Below, in pieces: positions 40,290-55,780 of a stretch of DNA of 64,000 nucleotides. The stretch is taken from positions 104,098,001-104,162,000 of the forward strand of contig OX597818.1 of assembly GCA_951406725.2 (NCBI GenBank). Reading direction: 5' to 3'. Under the pieces are notes generated by a model. That model searched no databases and had not been told where the DNA came from. It saw only the letters and a program-made list of their open reading frames with translations. The position numbers and the translations under genes were made by a program. The stretch is from Octopus vulgaris (Eukaryota). Numbering within the stretch: the first letter of the stretch is position 1; every line of letters begins with the position of its first letter.

Positions 40290-40510
40290 ATATTAAATTT
40301 GTGGGGAGTTAGGGCTTCGAACGAACAGACGATACCAGAGTGTATGTACGGAAGTGATCGAGGAAGACAGAAGTCTAGGTCCGTAAGGCCAAAACGAAGA
40401 GTAATGGGTAACACCTGGAAGAAAATTTGGAAGTATATAGATTAAATAGAAGAGAAAAAAGATATCAAGAGGCGAGTGAAATGACGTCCGGATAGTTGAT
40501 GTGCCATCCA
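40290..40510 (+). mobile_element. Possible decayed RTE-type LINE 3' fragment
   Basis: EQTIPECMYG..GRQKSRSVRPKRR resembles the RTE C-terminal R.PK..LYG....G.R..GRP motif. Confidence 0.35.
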
Positions 40511-40965
40511 GAAAAGACAGCGAGTCAAGGAAAGTGGCCTGTAGTCACGAGTGAACAACAGATAGAGGGGAAAGGGGTCAAGAGAGAGGATGGGGTCGAA
40601 GTAAAGGAAGTGAGGAGAAAGAAAAATAGAGAGTGAAACAAAGACAAACGGGGACAGCAGAGAAGGAGGAGAAAAAAGGAAATATAGAGGATTATAGAGG
40701 GATAGAGAGAGATAATGATATTAGGCAGAAAGTTGTAGAAATTATATATAAAAGTAAAATCTTACCTTTGACAAAGGCTGAGTAGCGACGTCACTAAAGT
40801 AAACAAATGGGGCTATTCAGCATTACTAGTAATACCAATCTGCAGCACGGTATTACTAGAAATAAGGGCCAAAACAAACTCAATAGCCACAATCTGCGAG
40901 AGATTGTCTCTCTTGACACTCATTAAGTGGTTCTGTCGCTATTGAGTTGTTTTGATTTTTTGTTT

Positions 40966-41005
<40 letters not shown>

Positions 41006-41190
41006 GAATCGTATAGATATGGAATCAGAGAATCGCACGGCTATCACAGTGAATTCCTGGTACGTATTCGGTAATTCTCAATTAGAAAGCAGCATAAAGT
41101 AAAGAGTCCATGGAATTCAAAATCCAGAGATGCTGAGCGATGGTAATTCAGTGACGGGAATATAAAATAAAATCATGCAGTTAGGAATAC

Positions 41191-41747
41191 AAGGTTTTCA
41201 CTGCATCCATCATCATTACTATTAAAACAAAAATGATAATAAAAATGTAGTTCTTCTGCTTCTCTTTCAGACATTTAATCCTGGAGCGAATTTTTTTATA
41301 AAATGTAGCTACATCGCTTTTCAGAATTTTGGGTTATCTCTTAAATATTTGTAAACGACAAAGATTCTGAACTTGCCTTCACCGCATAATTCTACATGCT
41401 TGCTCAGCGGAATCTTGCGCAATACCTCTATCTATAGTAATATTTTCAGTATGCAGGAATACAACTATTATGCACAATTTCTTGCATACTGAAAATATTA
41501 CTATAGATAGAGGTATTGCGCAAGATTCCGCTGAGCAAGCATGTAGAATTATGCGGTGAAGGCAAGTTCAGAATCTTTGTCGTTTACAAATATTTAAGAG
41601 ATAACCCAAAATTCTGAAAAGCGATGTAGCTACATTTCATAAAAAAATTCGCTCCAGGATTAAATGTCTAAAAGAGAAGCAGAAGAACTACATTTTTATT
41701 ATCATTTTTGTTTTAATAGTAATGATGATGGATGCAGTGAAAACCTT
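41191..41747. repeat. Near-perfect long inverted repeat: 269-bp arms (41191-41459 / 41479-41747), 19-nt spacer
   Basis: The arms are reverse complements with three mismatches counted by eye and no indels. Confidence 0.95.
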
Positions 41748-42869
41748 TATATTACAGAAATACTCTTGTTTCTGAATGAGGCCCATATGTTAATAAGGTG
41801 ATGCTCATCTTTATAAATGATCATATATTTATATAATATTGGGATTTTGACAACTGTTGTTCTTATAGAACCTACATTTACTCGAGAAATTATACTAGAA
41901 TAATTTTACCACTGATTAGGAAATATATCTAATGTAGCTACTTGGAAAAATAATTCGTGAATGAGATCTGTTTTGAATTATCTTATCCAAGCAAACATGA
42001 AAAAGAAAAAGAAATCCTACAAAAGGATGAGAGATACTCAAAAATATATTTAAGCAACGCCTGCTTTATTATATATTCTACATCCTACTGAGTAGCTTCC
42101 AGTTAAATATACAATACACATACAAAACTTATTTATAATGTTTGATTAAATATACATAGAGAATAGATTGAATTATAAATAGTACCAAATTCTTTTATAT
42201 ATTCTGTCATTATTTTCTTAATTTATGAATATTGTACTGATATTTAATGTTTGTTCAGGCAAAACAATTAATAACACAGAATATGAGACTTGACTATACA
42301 AGTGTAAATGAATATACATTTTCATAAGTCTTTGACTTTATACTCTGTTTATTTTTCAATGATGACCTCACTCTCCCCTCTTTTTCTTATTTTTCCAACC
42401 TACTTCCTAAGATTGACATATTTAAAAGGTCACCAGCTCTGGTGAGAAAATGTGTTTATTTACAAATACGTTGGTAGGTATAAAATGGAAAGGAAAAAGA
42501 AGAAAAGAGAAAAATGCTTTGTAATGAAATTTCACAGATATGACCACATAAAATTCAAAACAACCCCCCCTCCCCCTGACTCTCTCTCTCTCTCTCTCTC
42601 TATCTATCTCTCTCTTTATATACAGCTAGTTCTCTTCCTGTCTGTATATTTATCTAGCTAGCTATCTGTCCGGTTATCTATCTATTTTTCTCCATCCTTT
42701 ATTATTTTCTCCTCTTTCTTGATTGTCCTCTCTCTCTCCCTCTCTCTCTCTTTCTCACTCTTTCACATTCTCTCTATTCCCCTCATTGCTTTTCTTTCTC
42801 TCTCTCTCCCACGTCTTGAAAGAAAAAGAAAGTGTAAAACAAAATTCTCCTCTTCAAAACAGCAAAAAA

Positions 42870-43849
42870 GCCTGAGATCTAAATCATTTACATGCTCGAA
42901 TCAAGTCGTCCTGGTTCATTCTGGGCATTATTTTGACTATGGCAGCTTTCATAGAATCTTTGGTGTTATGGGCGTGTTCCTTGACCTCTCTCTCTCAACA
43001 ACGCTGCACTTGTAATAGCCCAATGGATTGAGATCTGGGGACTTAGGAGTCCAAATATTAGGGATTATGTGATCCTGTGTTACCAGAGCAATCTGTGATA
43101 GTGCAGAGTCTTACTGAAACACATATGGCCTTCCATTTCATACATTGTCTATCCAGGACTATACAATTATTTCCAGGACTTCAATGTAGGAGGCAGAGTT
43201 AACACTTCAGTCTTGTGGGAAGAAGTAAGGAGGCATGTTTTTCATTGCTGATGACTCTTAAAACTATGACAATTGCAGGAAATTTTCGACGCATAATGCT
43301 TGGAACTTCAGAACAGTCTGCACATAACCATCAGTCATTTCTTCTGTTAACTTTTTGACCTTGGCCGTATTTTTCCTCGTTTGAGAAAAACCAAATCAAA
43401 TCTTCTTCTGGTGGATTTTTCAGTTTGTTTAAGAGCGCTTTAGATCTGATGTAGTGATTTTCTTTTGCTTTTTCTAAGAAACTAGCCTTTCCTTATCATA
43501 TGTCTTATATCTGATATCTTTATGGAAATCTTGTCTGACTGTTCCTTCGAACTCAAGGTGATCTTTTGCTATTAACCTCATGGACTTTCTGGGAATTATA
43601 ATCAATGGTCTATTAGACTTGCTGGATAAATTCAAGTGTTCTGATAATTTCAGAGCGCTTAGAATGCTTCTTATGCTTTCATAGTGATGATACGGTTCCA
43701 TCTTCAGTTTGTAGCTTCTTAGAGACTTTGTTGACGAAAGATATGGCAACATTTAAAACTCGATTTATTTTTAAATCACTATGTTCAGCCTTCCTAACCA
43801 CAATAAAAGCAGGCCTCTTCATTTCTTGAGTAAGTTAAGTGTCTACCAT
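42870..43849 (-). mobile_element. Decayed maT/DD37D-type Tc1-mariner transposase
   Basis: LTQEMKR.., PRKSMRLIAKD, WFFSNEE..QKVNRRND*WLCAD..KFPA, RPYVFQ*DSA, IWTPKSPDLNPLGYY..VVERE. Confidence 0.8.
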
Positions 43850-44479
43850 TATTATTTTCTGAAACAATATTATACAGACCTAGCAAAAGAATACGTATAC
43901 AAGTCGCCTACATGCTAGAAGAAAACGCCAATATCTAAGAAACTACCTAACATCACCATGAAATGAAACACGCACCGTACTCGTGCAAATAAACGAAACA
44001 GATTAAAGAAACGGTTCAATTACCTATCAATTGATTTCAAGATTAAAGGATAATCTCTTTTCCTATCATCGGTGTAATATAACCAAATCATTCAATATAA
44101 ACACGAACAAAATACATATACAAGGAACAGAACAGTTTCACACCACAAATACGCTGTCCGTACTTATATACTGAATAAAATCTCAAAAATATGGTTTCGT
44201 TTATCTCGACCACGTGTTAATAACCAAATAATTCAGCAGTGAATAATGTTTGTTTGAGTGAAATTATATATTTATAATATATTTTAAAATTTAAAGATAA
44301 AATCTACGTTAGATTTTAATAGGTAGTTAACATGCAATCAACCGTTTAAGGTAAAATTAATCAATTTCTAAATGGGCAAACGAGTACGTATACAAGTCGC
44401 CTGCATTCTAGAAGACACCAATATCTAAGAAACCGCCTAACATATCACCATTAAATAAAACATGCATGACAACGTCAAA

Positions 44480-44934
44480 AATCAACGAGCCACAATCTTC
44501 GCTGGTTTGCTTGCTTGTCACCGCTGAACTCATGGACAGAAGCAACAATTTCTTTATCGAATCGTTACTGGCGACGTAAAATGGTGCCTGTACTTTAATA
44601 TGACCAAGGAAGCCATTCAAACACATGACTGGGAAGTGTTGCCACACCCGATGTACTCTCCTGATTTGGTACCAACGGATTTCCACCTCTTTCAATCTCT
44701 TTCAAATGCTATGCGCAGAGTTTTGTTCAATACTGATGCAGAACTCTAGAGCTTGGTTGGATCAATTTTCCGAGTGGAAATCGGGTGTTTTCTACCAACG
44801 AGGTATTGAAAATCTTGTTGAACGTTGGAAAAAAGTTGCAAACAACAAGTGTGAATACATTATTGATTAATCAATTGTTATTTGTTATTTTTTTTTAATT
44901 TAGTAAAACGGCGGGAACTTAGTTGCCAACCCAA
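44480..44934 (+). mobile_element. Internally deleted mariner 3' fragment with right TIR
   Basis: FLYRIVTGDVKWCLY, DWEVLPHPMYSPDLVPTDFHLFQSL, GIENLVERWKKV..EYIID*, then cggcgggaacttagttgccaacccaa. Confidence 0.85.
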
Positions 44935-45728
44935 CAGTTTCTTGTTTTCTCGCTTATAAACTTGAAATTCTGGGCCTAAATGAAGTTCATCTTTTTCTTC
45001 TATATCTTTCTTCTAAGTATATCTCTATATTTAACTTTCCAATTCTTCATTTCTTTCCTTTTAATCTGCCCTTTCCGTTCTCAGCTTCTAACATTTCTAC
45101 GTTCGCTTTGGCTCTGTTTTTCATTCTCATGTCAGGTTATTTCGCGTACACATATATCTCGGCCATCCCTTAACGTGCTTACGGACAACTTAGGAACTCA
45201 TACTCCTACAGTCTGTCTTCTTACTATATGTCTTATTTCACTGCAAGACTAAAACAATATATTTATTCTTATCTCTTTTTTTTTTCCCGATGTAACTGCT
45301 TAAACTACATCATACTCTTTTAATTTTTGTGCTCTGAATATCGCAGTCGCAGATATTTGGTATGTATTTTTGAGCTCTTTCATAAATGTAGCTATTTTTT
45401 ATTTTTTCATTTTACCGTTTGAAATACTATTAGTTTCTCCTGAAACATCTAAAGAATGATACAAAGACATCAAGCCCGCCAGCATTTTTATGAAAGCAAT
45501 TGAAATTAGGCATTTCACGTTTAGTTTAATCCCTTATTTCAACTGTTATGTCCTCACATTATTTGTATATTATGATATACACGTCCCCCCGTGTATATCT
45601 ATCTATTTATCTATCTATCTGTCTATCTGTTTGTTTGTCTATCTAGCTATCTAGCTGTCTATCTGTCTATCTATCTACATATCTGTCTGTCTGTCTTTCT
45701 ATCTATATCTATATCTATATCTGCCTGC

Positions 45729-45806
<78 letters not shown>

Positions 45807-45820
45807 CTATCTCTCTCTCT

Positions 45821-45865
<45 letters not shown>

Positions 45866-45999
45866 TATATGCATACATACCTGTGTGTGTGTGTGTGTAT
45901 GAAAAGCATATACATATAACTCTTTACTGGTTTAAACATTAAAGTGCGGTCATGCTTGAGCACCACATTGGGCTGTGTGTTATCTCCTTATTACTTGCA

Positions 46000-46500
46000 G
46001 CAGCCTCTGGTGTGTGAAAATTGGTGAACGAGAGAGTTTGAAGCTGCTGCTCTTATCTGTGTTTCCTGCCGCGCAGTAGGCTCAACTGGAACACTTGACA
46101 GGCGAAGATCCCGTTTTGCATTGAAGACACGTACATCCACACCGTGCAGATTTCTCAGGCATTTTCGAAGGATATTGAAGAACTGTAGTACCCTGAAATT
46201 CAGACTGCTGCAATATCCCATCCTGGGATATTTGGAACTCTGTAGTGACACCCTGTTCTTCCGTTTCTGTAACTTTCAGTGTCAAAGTTTGGTACAAGGC
46301 CTTACATGATTTCCCAGATGTATATCATTGCATATCGTTCCCGCATCCGTTCTAAGGAGAAGAGCCTGAACTCTTTTAGCCTATCCAAGTTACTAATTTA
46401 GTGCATTGAGACGATTTTCTTTCTATAGCTTCATTGGATGCTTAGAGCTCCGCCGCTAATATTATACTGCGTGGTGACCATGGTTGGGGATAAAATTCCA
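46000..46500 (-). mobile_element. CR1-clade LINE ORF2 C-terminal relic
   Basis: WSP..RLKEFRLFSLERMRERYAMIYIWEIM*GLVPNF..FNILRKCLRNL..VPVEPT..RAAASNSLVHQ. Confidence 0.8.
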
Positions 46501-46690
46501 AGTGGCTGAGGATATACGCCCTCCAAGGACAATCGTACTTTCTTCTTGAAGTTAAACATTTTGTAAACATATTTTATTTTGCCAATCAAGTTTTCGCATA
46601 GTCTCATTACCGAATTATTTCATTAAATTCCAATTATTCTCTGTCTTAATGAGAAAACAAATCATATAAACATATATGTGTGTGTACGCG

Positions 46691-46726
<36 letters not shown>

Positions 46727-46764
46727 TATATATGTGTGTGTATATATACGTATATATATATATG

Positions 46765-46795
<31 letters not shown>

Positions 46796-46796
46796 G

Positions 46797-46834
<38 letters not shown>

Positions 46835-47569
46835 TATATTTAAATGTATGATAGTATGTAGGTATATTTCGTATGTATCTGTATCCGTTTTTTAGTGTAT
46901 TTATTTATAAGACTGGCACCAAGCCATCAAGTCATACATAATATATTGTCGTGTATCGTCTACTAAATTGAACTCTTTACAAACCTTATATTTGTACGAA
47001 CTAATTAATGAGTTTCACAACATTTTTCAAGCTGCTAGAATTATATTTAAAATCTTCCTTACCTCAAACCTTAGTTTCTTTTTTAATATACTCCCATAAT
47101 TTAGTGCCAACAAAACGAACAGTCTTCCTCACAGACACCTGCCGATGTCTACAGCTACCGAACATGAAAAGTGAGTGCTTGTTTACATGTATATATGTGT
47201 GTATGTATGTATGGATGCATGTATAATTACATACTTACAGACATACGTAAATGCATACGTACGTAGGTACATACATACATGCATGCATACATGCATATAG
47301 AAAGGTACCCAGCCGTCTAGAGCGATATTTGGAAGAACTAGTGCTCTTGCGGAGAGAACACACATCCTTAATTCATACACTACAAATGATCACAATATGA
47401 GGCATTAATAAAATCTGCAACACCTTCTTAAGAATGATACTTTACTTCACAACATTATTACTAGGTAGATGTTCGATCAAAATTTACTCTAAATCAAAAG
47501 AAGAACTTCCATACGTACTTACATGCACATATATATATATACACATACATAAAAGCATGCATGCATCAA

Positions 47570-47630
<61 letters not shown>

Positions 47631-48359
47631 TCATACATATCTATATGTATTTATATGTATGTCTATAAATATAACGTGCGATTTTTACGTTCATATTCAT
47701 GCATACATACATACGTACGTACATTCGTCTGGGGGGTGTATACTGCTATATACATAAATAGATGGGAAAAGGCATTCTACGTGTGTGTGCGTTTGTGGAT
47801 AATATATACATAAATTTATATGTGTTTCTATGCCGGTGAGTGTGCAAGCGTATGTAACTGTTGTGTGTATGCGTGTACGTATTTCTGTGTAAATCTTTTG
47901 AGCACGTATTTATGTATGCATGACAGTAAATGTATCTTTATAGGTTGAAACATAGAAGCAAGTTTACATATATTATGCAAATTTGTATATCCCTGAATCT
48001 ATATGATGTGTGTCCCATGTCAATCACGTTTATACGTTTTTACAGATTTATGTACACATATAAGCACGCACATTGAAATCAGAGCTTTATATATGCACAA
48101 AATGTTGGTATTCATTGATGCGTCTGACTATATATACGCTATTAGATAACAAAATTATTTCATTCGGAGCAGCATTAGAGGATACATGCATACACACATA
48201 CATACATACATATGTGTTTGTGTGAAATATATATATATATATATATATGTATATATGTGTGTGTGCATATATATATATATGTATATATACATACATATGT
48301 ATGTATATATACATATATATATATATATGTATGAATATATATATGTATGCATATATATG

Positions 48360-48430
<71 letters not shown>

Positions 48431-49043
48431 TGCAACCTACTGGTAGAAGTATATGTAAAAATGTATAGTAATTTGATAACTATTGTCGATATACATGAAT
48501 AATTCAGAAGTCAAAATAGTGGGGAACAAAAATGTATGATAGATTAACGCATAAAAAAATATAGTAAAGAATGAAAAAAAAACCATTGTTTTTATATTCA
48601 CATATTTAATAAGTTTTTGTATTTTAATATCCCTGAAAAATATTCATATTTATTCTCTAAGTTTTGAATTTATCACATAATAATTTTATTCTTCATTATT
48701 TCTAGTCTTGATTTATTTCTCATAATCCACAAGACTTATGCATTTTATACCCATTTAAATATATATTAGCATCAGTATGCTCCTCGGTAAATACTTTCAT
48801 CATACGCACATACTTGCATATTCCTAATCAATTATGTGTATGTGTGCTTGAGTGTGTATGTGTGTCCGTGTGTGTATGTATCTTTGTGCGTGTGTACATG
48901 CTTGTATACATACAATTTTGCATCGACGTATATACTATTTGTGTGTATGTATATAATGTACATATGCATACATATATACATATATATATATGTACATATT
49001 TATATATATATATGTATATATCTATCTATATATATATATGTAT

Positions 49044-49082
<39 letters not shown>

Positions 49083-49153
49083 CATATACAAATATACAGA
49101 TATATATATTATATATATTTGAATGTGACTATATATGTGCAAGATAATATATA

Positions 49154-49189
<36 letters not shown>

Positions 49190-51721
49190 TCTGTGTGTGT
49201 GAGTATACGTACACACGTATTTGAATATGCACGAGTACATGTGCACGAATATAAATTTGGGCACGTTTGATTTTGTGGATCAGGATGTTTACACATCTGT
49301 GGATATAAATGTGGCCTCTTCGCACAACTCAATTCATTATCACAGAAATGCCGAAACACATCATATCAGAAACCTTGCATATGCTTAATAAATTTGCATA
49401 TAAAATATTCCTTTCACTTACAAAAATTAACTTGAATAGTAAGCCTAAATAGTTTACGTAAAGTGAGTAAACGCATTTATATCTGTAATGGCAAATATAC
49501 TTTGATGTGCACATGCAAACAGATTCTAGATCTTGACCTTATTTCCATTATTCCTTACTAAAAAAAGTCTTCGAGCCCACGACCGACTGTCAATAGTCAC
49601 TCGAAGTGCTCGATACTCAAGTATAGGGGTTCTGAACCATTTTTTATCTACGGCCACCATCTTAAGCTTGTGTACCCCAGAACTATTCGATATTTAAAAG
49701 CTAGTTTTACAGAAACATCTTTCAAAATTCCTATTTTATTTTCACACCTTAACTTGTGCAGGCTGAAATTAGAGAAACACACCTAGATGTTTCTAGCAAT
49801 ACATATCAATAATTCCATCTAAAGCAGAATATTGTATGTTTCAAGTGTATTTGGATACTTAACTCAATACATCACTTTCATTACACCTTTGTGTTCGTCT
49901 TAAACATTACTATTATAAACAGTTTGTCATCAAGACAGTTCCTTTGGAGTAGCTCAGGCCACTTCAAGCCAAGTTGTTTTATTTGTCTGCAAGGCACTAC
50001 TCTTGATATCGTTTCAAATATTTGTCACTCTCTTAGCAAGATTTTTATTTGTCTCACCTCACATTTCCTTCTTCGCGTTGCATATGAAGAAAAAAAACTG
50101 GGAAAACTGATACTTCTTATTCTATATTAATTGCGAGATTATAAAGAAAACATTTCGTATGCATTACCTTACCTAAATCAGCTTTTTTTCATATAAAATC
50201 TATTTATTCTTAATAGATTCAGAAGGCTGAAGTTGTTTTCAAGTTCCAGAAAATTATTTTTAACAATTCATTTTTCGTTTATGTCGCTTTATTATTTATA
50301 TATTCGTTATTGTTAATGCAATTATGTGAAATTTGAAAAAAAAGTAAAATAAAAATAAAAAATATTACTTCATGAAATAAACATTACATCAATGATAATA
50401 AAAAGATGAATCAGCTAGATTTGCAGATCCCAAAAGATATGTTGCAATCTTTGGAAATATTGGATCATAATTTATCGTCTTTTTTTTTTATTCATACTTC
50501 GGTAATTCTGCTAAAGGGTTCCTCTATTTATCAATGATTTTTCACTGTCTTATCAGTAAGAATACACAGGCGTTTATGAACAAAAGATTGTTCTGTCACA
50601 ATGTCTTATCTGAATTGAACATTCATTAGACATTATTGCTTTAAGCTTTTCACACATTCCTGCGTAGATCAGTGTGTGTACGTGGTTTTATGTATTTATT
50701 TGGCGGTCTGTCTAAGAACACGTATCGGTGTGTTTCTAGTCGGTCAATTAGCTGAGCTGCTAGAGCGTTTAACAAATAATTTGCTATGTATAGGTAAATA
50801 TTTTTCTTGCCATCAATCCTGGGTTCAAATCCCACGGATATCAACTTGCTTTTCATTTTCATTTATCAACCGTATAGATCGATAAATTAAGGACCGACTA
50901 GTCGATTCATAACATTTACTCTTTTTTTATTTACACTCTCTCTTAACGCTAAACAACGTTTTTCAGTTTGTCGCATTTGCCGGCTCTAGGGAACACATTC
51001 TAAAAACAAATGGAGTAGGATTCGTCAATGCGTGCCACACGTCTCTTTCAACTTGGTCGAATTTTACAAACAATGTTGAGCTGAATTTGAAAAACAGACA
51101 AATATGTACATGCATTTAGATATACAGCTATGTAAATATTAACACGGTAATGTTATAAAAAGGATTTATCGTTGTGTTTCGTGATTAAATTATACCACCG
51201 AGGATGTATTCACCAATACCATCCAATGTAGCCTTTCCTTTATTCTTCTAGCAGTCAATTTGAAAGCACCCTATTTTACTGGTGTTTAGAAATGAATAAC
51301 AAACCATTTGTATATAATCCATTGTGTTCATATGCCTTCATACATAAATGACGCCTATACCCCTGGATTTGATTCTCTCGTAGCTCATTCTAATTCTAAT
51401 TAAATCTATTATATAAGTTTCGCTATGATTCTATGTAGGTATCTAACTGGGAAGAAATCTATAGATAATCACCCTATACACATGAAAAACTGTAATAAAA
51501 AAATAAAAAAAGTACCATACATTGCGTGAATAAAAGACTACCGGAATTACTGTTTGTTATATAAGAAGCAAAACCGTACAGGGAATGGTCAGTGAATGAT
51601 GACTCAAAAACCTGTCTAATGTGGTACTGCTAGGTAAGAATAACTGTGATGCTACACATAATATTTACTGTATTCAAACTATGGTGCATTTATAATTCGT
51701 TAATATCTATCTATCAATCTA

Positions 51722-51786
<65 letters not shown>

Positions 51787-52311
51787 GTCTATCTATCTAT
51801 CTATCTATTTATCTATATATATATATATATCTATCTATCTATCTATCTCTGTATATGTGTGTGTATGTATATATCACTATTTGTACGTATGTATGTATAT
51901 CGTTTACTTACTTCTCCGTTATAGAAAGATCGACAACAAAAAACGCACTCCATATGGTGAGAGACAAATATCGTTTAATGTACACAATATACAGTTATGA
52001 GCTACTGATAGCTTTATACACTGAAATCAGAGAGGTTTTAAATCACACTTAATATCTCGAATAATCTTCAATTTCTGGGCATATGGCATATGCAAGTTAG
52101 AAATCAGGACAATAAAACAAGAGAGATCACGAGAAAAATTAGACGAAAGTGGGTTCGAAAAGTAGAATGGGGCAGAAAAGCAAAGGACACAGAGAAAAAG
52201 AATTAGAGTTATGTACCCTATGAAAGCGAGTCGTAAGTCTTGATGGTGTAAAATTGTAAAGGGGCCTAAAGTCTGAGATACGGGTTTTTCAATTCCGAGG
52301 GCGTTGTGTTT

Positions 52312-52690
52312 TGGAGCACTGCCTTTAGTCGAGCAAATTGACCCCAGGATTTATTCTTTGTAAGCCTAGTACTTATTCTATTGGTCTCTTGCCGAACTGC
52401 TAAGTTACAGGGACGTAAACATACCGGCATCGCTTTTCAAGCGATGTTGGGGGGAGACAAACACAGACACAAACATATACACACACACATACATACATAT
52501 ATATATATATTTATACATATATATATATACGATAGGATTCTTTCAGTTTCCGTCTACCAAATCCCCTTACAAGGCTTTGGTTTATCCGAGGCTATAGTAG
52601 AATACACTTGCCCAAGGTGCTACGCAGTGGGACTGAACCCGGAACCATGTGGTTCGTAATCAAGCTACTTACCACACAGTCATTCTTCCA
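52312..52690 (-). mobile_element. SINE family A copy
   Basis: Collinear with 10425-10790. Confidence 0.85.
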
Positions 52691-52716
52691 CCTAAAAATT
52701 AGCGGAATCAAACTAG

Positions 52717-52788
52717 AGAGGACACTCAGATTCGAACTGAGGATCTCTCGATCTGCAATCAAATGCTGAACCACTGAGCTATACTACC
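52717..52788 (-). tRNA. trnC: tRNA-Cys(GCA), probable pseudogene
   Basis: GGTAGTA TA GCTC AGTGGTT CAGC A TTTGA TT GCA GA TCGAG AGATC CTCAG TTCGAAT CTGAG TGTCCTC T, 72 nt. Perfect T arm, U discriminator and a T5 tract ~20 nt downstream. The acceptor stem has two mismatches and the D stem one. Confidence 0.75.
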
Positions 52789-53265
52789 AACAATTGGTGG
52801 TGTTTGCGAATAATGATGCGCTTCATATTGGGGCAGCGACTATATCGTAATTTAATTCAGCGTCTGTAAAAGTGTTGCCATTTTTTCTTTATTCTGGGAA
52901 GAATATATCCGAATGGGAGAAGAATCTTTTACCTGTGTCAGTTTTAATATTACAAAAATGTCTCAAGTGTATTTAAACTGGTAACACGTTTCTGTTTATG
53001 CAAATCCCTCCAAATTGCTCTGTCCCTAATTTTATTTTAGGCGAAACCTGGAATAGCGTAGCCAATATTCTAATGATGACTAGAATGTGAGAGAGACTTG
53101 TGTCTCTTGTCGTCTCACGGCGTCTGCAAATACGTATTCTGATGGTGAAGAAAAGATAGCCATTCCTGCATCCATGCTGCCACACTCGGAGTGTTTATAT
53201 CTATCTCTCTATACCGATACGTATTTTAAATGGTAAAAATTTCGTATATGTATGTATGTATATGA

Positions 53266-53322
<57 letters not shown>

Positions 53323-53345
53323 TATATGTGTATGTATGTATATGA

Positions 53346-53396
<51 letters not shown>

Positions 53397-53421
53397 ATAT
53401 ATATATATGCATATATGTGCA

Positions 53422-53471
<50 letters not shown>

Positions 53472-54133
53472 TGCATATATATATATATATATACATATAT
53501 GCACATATATATATACATATATATTTATACATACACACATATATATATACACACACACATATATATACATATATATTTATGTACGCACACATATATATAT
53601 ATACATATATATACACATATATATAAAGTATATATATATAGGTATAAGTTAGAGATGCTTAAAACCTATAATAGATGGTTAAATCCAAAGGCGCAAACGA
53701 CCAATTTCTTCCTGTTTTTTTCCTCCATTTTCTTCTTGCATATACTTATATATATATATGTATAAAAACAAAAGGAAATATGTATACATATATACATATG
53801 TATGCATACAGAGACAAACAGACACACAGTCACACTCACAGCCATATATAGGTATGGATATATGTGTTTGTAAAAATAGATATATATTCATATATCTCTA
53901 TTCTTAGACATACATAAAGAGGTGGTGTAAAAATTTTATTACATATCAAATAATCTATAAATTACCGTTTTATACGATGTTTCGCACATAGGAATTATGT
54001 CTACCTATGTAATAACTCACGTGTGTGTTACTGTGAGAATTTCGGGTCATATATATAATAAATGTTTGCGTAAGATGGCTAATATTGAAACGGTTCTGGG
54101 CGAAAATTATCAAAAGTTAACGCGTATCAGAAT

Positions 54134-54174
<41 letters not shown>

Positions 54175-54594
54175 TATTATATTATATTATATTATATTAT
54201 ATTATAGTATGTACGTAAGTGTGTGTGCTTATATATACATGTATGTATCAATATTTCTATATCTACCAAGGCATATATATATATATATATATATATATAC
54301 ATGTTTGTATATATATATATAATTCTATACGTGTGTTTGCTTTGTGTGTGAGTATTTATAGCAAATATATTTATGTGTGGGTTTGTATCCTCGTATGTTT
54401 ATCATTGCACTATGTTTCCGCAGAAGATATATTATTTTATATTTCAATTTACAGAAAAATATGTGTACACAGACCACAAACGGACACCCAAACATACATA
54501 TATCTACATATATGTGTGTGATTATTTATGTATAGGTGTGTGTGTGTTTGTGCGAGCTTATATATACATATACATATATATATTTATACATACT

Positions 54595-54650
<56 letters not shown>

Positions 54651-55000
54651 TAAGGATAAAAGTGTATATCTTATGTAAAAGACCAAAATAGTAGTGCGTT
54701 GAATCACGTAACGCGAAGTTAATCGTCTGAAAAGGAAAGGTCAAATACAGTAGAATTTCTTTTGAATTCTTTACAAAATTTCTAATACGAAACTTAAACA
54801 CAACAGAAGAAAGGAAAATAATAAAACGTACCACGAAAAATATTAAAAGTAGAAACAGAACAAAGTAAAATGTTCGGTGTAGTACTCGTAAATTATAAAT
54901 ATATCTACAAAGATACATACATGAATAAATATGTATATTTACACGTACATATATACATATATATATACACATATATATATACATATATATATGTAATATG

Positions 55001-55079
<79 letters not shown>

Positions 55080-55182
55080 ACTTACTCATGTAAATGTATA
55101 CATACATAAGTATATATATATACATACATTGAAAGAATGAGATACGTTATCTAACTCTCTACCTATCTATCTATCTATCCAT

Positions 55183-55250
<68 letters not shown>

Positions 55251-55780
55251 TTTCTGTAAATCGCCTTTGTATAACTTCTTATCCCAATTTTTATTATTAG
55301 TTAATTCAAATTTTAATTTTAATTTTGATTTTCTTTCATTTCCTTTGTTAGAAATATGTTCTCCCGTTTTATTGTGTAAATAACTTTAAAAGTAATATCA
55401 CAAATTATTGATTTCCTTTATTTGTTCAATATTTATTCTTCTATGTTTTGGGGTAGGGGGTTGATTTAACTAGGCATAAAAAAAATTGAAGCACAATAGT
55501 TTAAAAGAGATACTATCGTTGTTGAAATTAAAATGTGAATTTTTGGCTAAATCTTGTTGTGAATTTGTGGCTAAATCTTTTTAAGTAGTGAGGCAGACTT
55601 TGTAAGGCTTGAGGATAATATCGTTTAAATTACGTCTATAAGAATCGCGTAATTTGGAGGTTGTACAAAGTTCTATGGGAAACTCTTACACAAATTAGCA
55701 GTCAAATTACAATATACAAGAAAATGACGTTTTTGGAAAATGTAGTTAACTTCAGTCACTGAAAAGGTAGATAAAATGTA

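Noticed and set aside
43892-44467. ~80-bp diverged direct repeat (43892-43976 / 44386-44467) as LTRs
   Set aside because: No TG..CA ends, primer-binding site or coding interior; more likely a small dispersed repeat or local duplication.
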